A DNA stretch of 64,000 nt from a virus (taxonomy: Duplodnaviria > Caudoviricetes), in IMG/VR virus record IMGVR_UViG_3300037400_006508, positions 79,526-143,525 of that record; one strand, given 5' to 3'. The notes beneath the pieces are model-generated. The model did no database searches. It saw only the letters and a list, made by a program, of their open reading frames with translations, and was not told where the DNA came from. The position numbers were made by a program, and so were the translations under genes. Positions 7,999-17,000 of this stretch are shown piece by piece (the first letter of the stretch is position 1; every line of letters begins with the position of its first letter).

Positions 7999-10566
7999 AT
8001 GTCCGTAAAGTCAGCCCAGATTCCGGTGGACTTCATGGGCTGGGCCCAGGCCCAGGTTCCACATGACGTCGTGTCGTCCGTCGAGCGCAGCACGCCGGAG
8101 AACAAGATCGCGTTCGGTACAGGCAAGGGCGTGAAGGCCGGGTTGTCCCCGGAGGAGGCGAAGCTACGCGCCCTTCAGCACGAACTGGCGCTAAATCAGC
8201 AGGAGAACACGTCCACCGGTCTTGTGTCGGGACGGCCGTACAAGAATCACGAGTTTTTTGCAAGGACCAATATGCCGGAGAAGGTGTATGTCAATGTAGG
8301 CGGGTACGGGGAAGGGGAAGGCAACCCGCTTCTGTTCGGCGGATCGATTTCCCCCAATCCTGTCCTTGATCTGGCTACACCCGGAAAGATAGCCCCGGAG
8401 GACACCCTATCGTTTCAGCAATCGCAGGGAAGGGCGGCACAGAACGCGATAGATCTATTCAGGGCCGCCGGCGTGCCAGTCGAGTTGTTCGGGCATTCGT
8501 ACGGAGGCGACACGGCCGCGCACCTGGCCGTTGCGAACCCGGACGTACCGACGCATGCAATAGATCCCGTCAGCATGTTCAATCAGGTTCCTTCGGAGAA
8601 GAGGCCGTCGAACCTGACCGTGTATCAGCCGTACGGCAGCGCATGGAACGACGTTCCGTACGATTTCATCGCAACCGTCGGAAACAAGTACGCCCCGGAC
8701 AGGAACACCGTTCAGTACGAAGGCGGCCATGTCAAGGGGACAGGGCAGCTTGTCGACAGCATAATAGACGATTCAACGGCGAAGCGGACGTCCGATGCCG
8801 CGGTTCCGGCGCCATCCGCGGTCGTTCCTCTAAAGAAGGCCGGAAGCGGCCTCGTAGGTCCGCACAACATAGGTTCCGTATTCATGAAGGCGGCCGCCAG
8901 CTATAGATGGGGAGACGCATCTGCAAAACCTATCGTACCGGCCGAGAAGCCGGCGGATCCGCCGGCGCAGCCGAAAGAAAAAGGATCCGGCGGGTTTTCC
9001 CTTTTCGACAATGCCGCTACAAGGGGCATAGCCGATGCGATAAACTGGGGAATCGACACAGGATCCAGGGTCGGAACGCGCATGGGGTGGGTCGATCCGG
9101 ACGCGAACGCAAGAAGGCTGAGGGACAGGGCCGCCCGCCGCGAGGCGGACGAGAACAACGGGGTCGTGACCGGAAAGTACTACCGCGAAGCCCTGGACAG
9201 CGCATTGGACGACTGGAACGCCGGACAGGGCGACAAGGCGTGGACGAGAACGCTTGACGACCATTTCAGGTGGGGGAACATAACTCCGCAGGAATACTAC
9301 GGCATGTTGAAGGACCAGTACGGCAAGTATGCGTACATGTTCGGCATGCCGGGGGACATGTCTGCCGATCCTAACGGGCAATTCCCGATTACCAGGGACG
9401 GGAAGCCGGTCATGGTTCTTGGAAATGGCAAAAACGAGCAAATGGCCGTCGACACCAGGCAGAGGCAGTATGCATTCCAGAAGATGCTGGAGGGCGCGGG
9501 GCAGCATTTCGCCCATATGAAGGACGGTGATGTCGGATTCTTCGGTCCCTACACCCGTGCGGCTTCGTTCGCCATAAACGAGGACAGGTCGTTGCACGAT
9601 GGACCTTTTGTAGCGAACACCGACAATCTTTCCGATGTATATCCGGCTCCAGGAAGCATGCGGACCGGAAAGCCGTGGGGGTACAATCTTGCCGATCTTT
9701 CAGACAAGGCGAAACAGTTTCGCATGGATCGCGAGCTGGAGTGGTACGATAGACAGCTGGAGGAAAGTCGGAAGCTTCCGGAGTGGCAACGCGTCCCAGG
9801 TCTCGAAGAAAGCATCCTTTCGGCCAAAGAATCGGCAAAAAGGCCATGGGAGAAGTATTTTGTGGAGACCCCGGCGCGCCTCAAGAGCCTCAGCGACGGA
9901 ATATCGATGAGAAAATACAATCTTGAAAACGGCGACGGCCTTACGCCGGAGGACAGGGATAGACTGCAATCGGAGATAGACTCCATGCAGAAGGAGTACG
10001 ACAGCCTGTATGAAGGCAGTCGCGAGCAGGATAAGATGGATTGGGCCAGGGTCGGAGACGCCGCCGGATTCGCGGTACCGTATCTTGCGTTTCCGACGTA
10101 CGCCATACCGACCTACGGAATAAGCTCGGCTACGCGAAACCTGAACAAAGGAAACTACGCGTCAGCCGTCATGGATGCCGCGACGGCGGCCATTCCTTTC
10201 GGGGTAGACAGACTCGGAATCAAAAACAAGGTAGGGCAGGTTGCGGCGAATCTCGTTCCGTTCGGCGTTGCGCAGACGGCCGGCCCGCTCTTGGACGAGT
10301 ATTCGTACGGCGGGTACAACGACGCGACTCCGGAGTATCAGGAGGCGATGTCCCGGATACAGAACGACATGCAGAGGACAAGGGACATATCCTCTCTTGC
10401 CGCGATGTTGTCGGGCTATGACCAGATGAGTCCGGAAGACCAGGCCGGTGTATGGAGGATGTTTAACAATCTGACGGAATCCGAGATGGATCAGCTGGAC
10501 GCATTCGTTAACCAAAATGGCGGGAAGATAGACATCCCATGGCGTACCCAGACCTATTTTAAGTAA
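7999..10566 (+). CDS. large multi-module putative virion protein with N-terminal alpha/beta-hydrolase domain
   Basis: ATG at 7999 (MSVKSAQ). Nucleophile elbow GHSYGG at 8491-8508, followed by IDPV and GGH. KxA sites flank the domain. Hydrophobic segments near the C-terminus. Confidence 0.7.
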   Translation: MSVKSAQIPVDFMGWAQAQVPHDVVSSVERSTPENKIAFGTGKGVKAGLSPEEAKLRALQHELALNQQENTSTGLVSGRPYKNHEFFARTNMPEKVYVNVGGYGEGEGNPLLFGGSISPNPVLDLATPGKIAPEDTLSFQQSQGRAAQNAIDLFRAAGVPVELFGHSYGGDTAAHLAVANPDVPTHAIDPVSMFNQVPSEKRPSNLTVYQPYGSAWNDVPYDFIATVGNKYAPDRNTVQYEGGHVKGTGQLVDSIIDDSTAKRTSDAAVPAPSAVVPLKKAGSGLVGPHNIGSVFMKAAASYRWGDASAKPIVPAEKPADPPAQPKEKGSGGFSLFDNAATRGIADAINWGIDTGSRVGTRMGWVDPDANARRLRDRAARREADENNGVVTGKYYREALDSALDDWNAGQGDKAWTRTLDDHFRWGNITPQEYYGMLKDQYGKYAYMFGMPGDMSADPNGQFPITRDGKPVMVLGNGKNEQMAVDTRQRQYAFQKMLEGAGQHFAHMKDGDVGFFGPYTRAASFAINEDRSLHDGPFVANTDNLSDVYPAPGSMRTGKPWGYNLADLSDKAKQFRMDRELEWYDRQLEESRKLPEWQRVPGLEESILSAKESAKRPWEKYFVETPARLKSLSDGISMRKYNLENGDGLTPEDRDRLQSEIDSMQKEYDSLYEGSREQDKMDWARVGDAAGFAVPYLAFPTYAIPTYGISSATRNLNKGNYASAVMDAATAAIPFGVDRLGIKNKVGQVAANLVPFGVAQTAGPLLDEYSYGGYNDATPEYQEAMSRIQNDMQRTRDISSLAAMLSGYDQMSPEDQAGVWRMFNNLTESEMDQLDAFVNQNGGKIDIPWRTQTYFK

Positions 10567-10569
10567 CAG

Positions 10570-11052
10570 ATGGCGTCCACCTTTTCATCCGTGATACAGC
10601 TTCTCCTGTCCGTGTTCGACTTCATAAGGGGCCGGTCGGACAGGAAGCGGAAAAGGCTTGACGTGCTGGAGGACAGGATAAAGGCGATCCAGCGCGATAT
10701 TGCAAAAGCCCTGGAAGATGGTAGAATAACCGACGTAGCCACCCTGAGGATGGAGTTGGACGGATTGAAGAAGGAGTACGACAAGCTTGGAGGAAAACGC
10801 GCATCGGTGGCCGCCGCCACCGGCATGCTTCTTTTTTTAGCCATTACGCCGTTTTTGTCCGGATGCTTTTCGACCAGGTCGGATCCGTCGACCCCGTATG
10901 TGGTCGTCGGCGAGAGGATCATAATACTGGAGCCCGGTTCCGAGCTCGTTGTTCCGGAACTGGTTCCTCCGGCGAAGAAATGGTACCTGATAGACAACAT
11001 AGGCCTTCAGGTCGGACTTGGCATACCGATGTTACTGGAGAACGACAGATGA
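10570..11052 (+). CDS. putative lipoprotein/spanin-like protein with internal lipobox
   Basis: N-terminal helix and coiled coil, then KR + hydrophobic stretch + FLSG-C lipobox, then a short Pro-rich tail. Confidence 0.5.
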   Translation: MASTFSSVIQLLLSVFDFIRGRSDRKRKRLDVLEDRIKAIQRDIAKALEDGRITDVATLRMELDGLKKEYDKLGGKRASVAAATGMLLFLAITPFLSGCFSTRSDPSTPYVVVGERIIILEPGSELVVPELVPPAKKWYLIDNIGLQVGLGIPMLLENDR

Positions 11053-11405
11053 AGGACTTTTCCGGGCTTCTCAAGATCGCCGGTGTCGGATACTCGCCCA
11101 CGGTGGGCGACTTCATGAACAGATGGAACGGCGACATCAACGCGAATCCGTTCCAGAGGAGCGACGCGTTCAGCCGGATCAACAACGCCGGGCTCGACGT
11201 CAAGCAGCCGGCATCCAGGATACCGTATGTCCTTGGCGGCGGCGTTCTTGGAAGGGCCGCGGCATCATACCTGGGGGCCAATCCGTTCTGGAAGAACGTA
11301 GCCACGGTAGGCGGGGCCATGGTCGGAAATTCCATTTACAAGAAGAACAATCCGGATCCAAGGGCGATGCCGGTCGCACCAGGAGTGATAAGGAGAGGTT
11401 GGTAG
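11049..11405 (+). CDS. small glycine-zipper membrane protein with KxA leader
   Basis: ATG at 11049 (ATGA overlap). MKDFSGLLKIAG; YVLGGGVLGRAAASYLG...VGGAMVG. Confidence 0.7.
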   Translation: MKDFSGLLKIAGVGYSPTVGDFMNRWNGDINANPFQRSDAFSRINNAGLDVKQPASRIPYVLGGGVLGRAAASYLGANPFWKNVATVGGAMVGNSIYKKNNPDPRAMPVAPGVIRRGW

Positions 11406-11765
11406 ATGTACAGGATAAACGAGTTCTTGACCCCCAGGGAGAGGGCCGAGGCGATAAGGGTCGGCGCTCTTCGCAAACTTGCTTCTTTGGGCATGACGCC
11501 GTCCGATTTTTCCCGCCAGATGAAAAAATCGGCCCTTGCCGGGGCCGCAGCCGGCGTCGGGGCTGCCGCGGCCGGCAAGATGGCGCCGCTTCTGTCCCCG
11601 AAGACGCTGTTTTCGCTTGCCATCTACCTTGGAATTCCGCTTGGGGCGCTGAGCTACGGCCTAAAGAGCTCGTTCTCCCCGGAGACAAGCGCAAACAGCG
11701 ATCTGAAGACCAAGCTTGACGAGATGAACGACATCGTCGAGCAGTACAGGAGGCAGCTCGGCTAA
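11406..11765 (+). CDS. small membrane protein with KxA leader
   Basis: RKLAS...KKSA followed by LAGAAAGVGAAAAG and TLFSLAIYLGIPLGALSYG. Confidence 0.7.
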   Translation: MYRINEFLTPRERAEAIRVGALRKLASLGMTPSDFSRQMKKSALAGAAAGVGAAAAGKMAPLLSPKTLFSLAIYLGIPLGALSYGLKSSFSPETSANSDLKTKLDEMNDIVEQYRRQLG

Positions 11766-12157
11766 TGAACCAGGGCATGCCGTCGTGGGCCGAGCTGATG
11801 GCCCGTATGCCGAAGTCCTCGGTCTTTCCACAGCCCAGCGAGGTTGCGCACGGGCTTGAGACGATCAAGTACAAGAAGACCCCCGTCGTGGTATCCGAGT
11901 ACCATGTGGAGGTGTTCGACATGGAGTCGAAGAAGGACAGGGAGGACTACTGCAAGCTGATGCTGGACCTTGCGAACAAGGTTCAGAACTCGCAGTGCAT
12001 GATCGGCAGGCAGGAGCTTGAGAAGATGACTTCCAAGGACGGATCCACCACGTGGAAGAGGTATGTTGAGTGGTTCGACTACAAGCTGAACGATACCAGC
12101 ACGACCACGAAGACGGAGGACGAGGAGAAAGATGGAGATGAATCAGAAAATGGCTGA
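11765..12157 (+). CDS. hypothetical protein
   Basis: TAATG-coupled 130-aa ORF with typical codon usage. Confidence 0.65.
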   Translation: MNQGMPSWAELMARMPKSSVFPQPSEVAHGLETIKYKKTPVVVSEYHVEVFDMESKKDREDYCKLMLDLANKVQNSQCMIGRQELEKMTSKDGSTTWKRYVEWFDYKLNDTSTTTKTEDEEKDGDESENG

Positions 12158-14096
12158 GTTGGACACGGCCGCCTGGGCCGAGAGACATCCTGTCCTCGAC
12201 ACGATGGGAAAGGCCGGCCTCACGGGGGCCGGCGTAGCCGCGCTGTCGTCCATCCTGGCTGACTTCATAGAGGCGAGAAGGCAGGCCAAGAAGCAGCGCG
12301 AGCGCGACAAGATGAACAATAGCGAAGACGCCATAGTATTCCATGTGCGCGACGCGTCCGAGAAGGCGGCGGAGGACTGTGTCGGGTCGTGCGATTCGCA
12401 TCCGTGCGAGGATACGAACGTCACCGTCGTTTCCGAGGAGTCCGGAAAGAGCATAAAGTACCAGAACGGATCGGACCAGATGCGGGAGACGAACGGCCGT
12501 TTCTCCGGTTTTGGGAAGAGCGCCGGGGGGTGGGGAGACGTTCCGGTGGACACGTTGAAGATCCTCGGATCCGTCGCGGCGTTCCCCGTCGGGTACATGG
12601 CCGTGTCCAAGATACACGAGAGGATGGAGAGGAACCGCCTCAAGAAGCAGATCGCCGCGGCGCAGCAGGAGTACATAGACCTGCTCGACGGAAGGCGCGA
12701 GGAGAAGACCGCCGAGTTCTGCGACATGTTCATGATGGACGATCCGTATCTCGGTACCGGAATCGTAAAGTCCGCCGAGAAGAACCCGGCCGACTACAAC
12801 GCGCTAGACAGGGCGGCCGCCTGGGTTGGAAACGGTCTGTCCTCCGTCAACAAGGATGCGCAGAACGTTTCAGCAGCCACCCTTGCGGCCGCCCTCCTTA
12901 CTTCGGGAGTGTCCGCATGGGTCGTGCACAAGCTTCTCGCAGAGCGGTTCGACAAGAAGGACAATGACGCGGAGCCGCGCAGGGACATGAAGATCATGTT
13001 CAAGTCCAGTTCCGCGGACGAGCTGGAGATATCGCCGGAGCAGTTCATGGCAACGATAGTCGTGATGCGCGACTGCATAAGGGATTCGAAGCCAATGTCC
13101 AAGGAGGCGCAGTACTATTTCAACCACCCAAAGGCGCAGTATGACGACGAGGCGATGCAGCATGTGCTAAGGACGTACGCCCATGATAATTTGGGCGTTA
13201 AGTACGACAAAGCGAACGATACCGCCCTTCAGGCTAAACTGCTTGTGAGCTCCGGTCTGGCTAAACCAAAGGACATAGTGCGGGCCGCAGTGGACGAAAA
13301 GGAAGCGGCCCGCCTAAAGTCATTGGCTCCGGACGTCAAGGACAGCGTAATGAACTACATGCTGGCCAATCCCGTCGGATGGCTTCGCATGATAGGGGCC
13401 AAGGAGAACAGGGACATCCTGGAGGCTGCAGTAAACAGGGGTATATCCGATATGCAGGGCAAGGGAGGCTTCATAGGAACGTTGATGGGCGTTCCGGTCC
13501 TCGGAGACGTGATGAAAAGCATCATGAGGTGGTACTCCATGAATACGGAGGCCGGAAGGCGCATGGTTGCCAACAGGATGCTGGAAGGCGCCGGCATGAC
13601 GGACGCGGAGGAGAGGAACAGAGTGCTCAGGAACGATATGAATTTCAGCACAGGGTTCAACGCCGCAGATCCTAAGGCGGTAGTCGGATCGCCCATGGCC
13701 GCCAGACCGAAACAGATAGTCGCGCCCCCTCCTCCGCCACAAGTTCAGCCCGGAGCCGGAAACGGCGTGAATCCGCCCGAGATGAAAACAGATCTGGACA
13801 CGGCTGGCGCCGGTCCCGGAATGACGGCAAATGCGTCCGCAGGCATGGGAAAGTCGTCTGGCGTCATCGGAGACATAAAGTCGAACGTCGACTTCTTCGC
13901 GAACATGAAGACCCTTTCCGATATGACGAACAAGGATCTTGGAAGAACTATGAAGAAAACCAAGAAGGGAAAGTCGTCCAAGAACGAGCCGCAGGTCGAA
14001 GTGGACTTCGACAATGTTCTCATGGAGCACCTTACCGACGAGCAGCGCAGGAGGCTGTACGAAATAGCTGCGAGGATAGCGGCCAAGAGGAAGTAG
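12132..14096 (+). CDS. multi-module KxA-punctuated membrane-associated virion protein (putative polyprotein)
   Basis: Three TM-like + coiled-coil modules separated by EKAA, GKSA, EKTA, VKSA and SKEA. Confidence 0.7.
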   Translation: MEMNQKMAELDTAAWAERHPVLDTMGKAGLTGAGVAALSSILADFIEARRQAKKQRERDKMNNSEDAIVFHVRDASEKAAEDCVGSCDSHPCEDTNVTVVSEESGKSIKYQNGSDQMRETNGRFSGFGKSAGGWGDVPVDTLKILGSVAAFPVGYMAVSKIHERMERNRLKKQIAAAQQEYIDLLDGRREEKTAEFCDMFMMDDPYLGTGIVKSAEKNPADYNALDRAAAWVGNGLSSVNKDAQNVSAATLAAALLTSGVSAWVVHKLLAERFDKKDNDAEPRRDMKIMFKSSSADELEISPEQFMATIVVMRDCIRDSKPMSKEAQYYFNHPKAQYDDEAMQHVLRTYAHDNLGVKYDKANDTALQAKLLVSSGLAKPKDIVRAAVDEKEAARLKSLAPDVKDSVMNYMLANPVGWLRMIGAKENRDILEAAVNRGISDMQGKGGFIGTLMGVPVLGDVMKSIMRWYSMNTEAGRRMVANRMLEGAGMTDAEERNRVLRNDMNFSTGFNAADPKAVVGSPMAARPKQIVAPPPPPQVQPGAGNGVNPPEMKTDLDTAGAGPGMTANASAGMGKSSGVIGDIKSNVDFFANMKTLSDMTNKDLGRTMKKTKKGKSSKNEPQVEVDFDNVLMEHLTDEQRRRLYEIAARIAAKRK

Positions 14097-14097
14097 G

Positions 14098-17000
14098 ATG
14101 GCGGACGGCCTTCCAGAGGGACTTCGTGAATTCGACGACGCGAAGGCGACGCGGAAGCTCATTTACGACAATGTGCTTTCCGCGGTGCAGAAGCGTTTTC
14201 CTGTAGAGGACGACAACTACAGGCTCGAGCTCCTCGACGCCAGGTACGGCGGTCCGCAGGAGTATACGCTGGCTCAGCAGAAGAACGCCATCTTGCGCAA
14301 TAGAAACCTAAGGACTCCGATTGTCGGCAAGTGGCGTCTGACGGACAAGAAGACCGGCCAGGTGCTCGACGAACGCGAGGACCAGGTCATGCAGGTCCCG
14401 TACTGGACCGACCGCGGCACCATCATCAACAACGGGTCCGAGTACACGGTCATCACGCAGTCCAGGCTCCGTCCGGGCGTGTACGCCAGGCGCAAGACGA
14501 ACGGAGGCCTGGAGGCGCAGTTCAACATCGATCCAAGGACGGGTCATTCGTTCAGGATAGGCCTGAACCAGCAGACCGGCGTGTTCGACGTATCCGTAGG
14601 GCAGGGCCACATACCTCTGTACCAGGTTCTTCGCGGTCTCGGCGTCGACGACAAGGAGATCATCAGGAACTGGGGCGCGGATCTTACGGCGGCCAATGCG
14701 CAGAAGTCGGATCCGCAGGCGTGGAGGAAGCTCTACGAGCGTATGGCCGGGTACAGGGCGGATCCGAATTTGACCGACGCGGACAGGATGGAGTATGTCA
14801 GGAACGGTCTTACGTCGTATAAGGTCGATCCGGACATCGTCGAGAGGACGATGGGACTCCGCAACGTGTCCGGAGTCACCCCGCAGCTGCTCATGCGTGC
14901 GTCGCAGAAGCTTCTTAACATATCTCGCGGCGACGAGAAGCCGGACAATCGCGACAATCCAAGGTTTTCGGCTTACTACTCGATCGAGGACTTCCTCAAA
15001 GAGCGCGTTGACAAGGATGCTGGTCGTCTCACAAAGTCGCTTCTGTTCAGGGCAAGGAGAAATAGAAACCTGAAGGGAGTCCGCAGGGACGCCCTCGCCC
15101 CGTATGTGGATGCGTTCATCCAGGGATCCGGCCTTGCGATGCCGGGAGAGGAGGCGAATCCGCTCTCCACGCTCGAGCAGATGTCCAGGATATCCAAGTT
15201 CGGCGAAGGAGGAATCCAGTCCGAAGAAGCCGTAACCATGTCCGCCCGCGAGGTGAACGGGGACTACCTCGGGTTCGTAGATCCGGTAGCCGGTCCCGAA
15301 TCGGGCAGGATCGGCGTTGACGTCAGGGCCACCTACCATACGTACAAGGGCAAGGACAACAAGATCTATGGCGAATTCCTGGATGCAAAGACGGGAAAGA
15401 CGGCGTACGTCGACATCGGAACCGCCGCTGACAGAAAGATAGCCTTCCCGGGTCAGGACATGTCGAAGCCGTACGTGTATATCATGAAGGACGGCGTTCC
15501 GCAGATGGCTCCGACGTCGGAAGTGCAGTATATTGTTCCGAACTACGGGCGTGTCGTCGGGTCGAACACCAACATGAATCCGTTTCCGACGGCCGTCCAG
15601 CCGAACAGGCAGTTCTACGCGTCGAAGTTCTGGACGCAGTATCTGCCGCAGGCGAAGGGCGAGGTGCCGTTGGTGGACTCGCTTATGCCGGACGGGAAGC
15701 AGACCTGGAGCGAGTACTACGGCAGGAAGGTCGGAGCCGTCAAGTCCGATGTAGACGGAGTCGTTACGCGTGTCACGGACGACTCGGTCACCATCAAGGA
15801 CAACACGGGCAAGACGCACAAGGTGGAGCTCGTCAAGAATCTTCCGTTCAACAGGCTGTCCGGCATTTCGTTCAGTCCGTCCGTCGAAGTCGGGCAGGAC
15901 GTGAAGTCCGGCGACATGATCGCCCATTCCAACTTCACGGACAAGAAGACCGGTGCGATCAACATGGGCCAGAACCTGCATGCGGCGATCATACCGTACA
16001 GGGGATACTCGTTCGAGGACGCCCACGTCATATCGGAGTCCGCCGCGAAGAGGCTTGCGACGGACAGGCTGTACAGTTTCGACCATGATTCAAGAAACGG
16101 CGTCATACTGGACAAAAAGAAATACATATCCGCGTTTCCGTCCAAGTTCACCAAGGATCAGATAGAGACGCTTGACGACAATGGCCTTGTAAAGCCGGGT
16201 ACGATACTCCACAGGGGAGATCCCATTGTAACTTCTCTCGGGCCAAAGGTTCTTACCTCGTCTGACAAGGCTCTCGGCAAACTGTCCAAGGCGCTGAGGA
16301 ATTCGTATACGGACCGCACGGAGACATGGGAGCACGACTACGAGGGGAAGGTCGTAGACGCCGTAAGGACGGCCGGAGGCGCGAAGGTGAACGTCGTTGC
16401 GCAGCCGCCGGTCAGGGCCGGGGATAAGCTTTCCGGAAGGTTCGGGCTGAAGGGTGTCGTCGGAAAGGTCGTTCCGGACGACGAGATGCCGAGGGACGCC
16501 ACAACGAACCAGCCGTACGACATGCTCATCAATCCGATGGGCTTTCTTTCGCGAGTGGCGCCGGGCCAGATCATGGAGATGGCCATGGGCAAGGTCGCCA
16601 AGGCGACCGGAAAGCAGGTTCGCATACCGCAGCTTCCACCGCCGGAGGGATGGTACGAGTGGACGAAGAACCAGCTTGCTCAGAACAATCTAACGGACTC
16701 GGCCAATGTGTTCGATCCGACCACCGGAAAGACCATAAACAACATAGGCGACGGGTATCTGTTCATATCGGCGTTCCACCATCTGGCCGAGAAGAAGGAG
16801 TCGATGCGGGGCGCCGGAGACGCCGCGTATACGCAGGACGAGCAGCCGGCGAAGGGCGGAAAGACCGGCGCGAAACGTTCGTCCGGCCTGGACAACTGGG
16901 CCATGCTGTCGCATGGGGCCACGGACGTGCTGAAGGACGCCGTTCTGATCAGAGGAACGAGGAACGACAATTATTGGAACTCCCTTAAGCTCGGCCTTCC

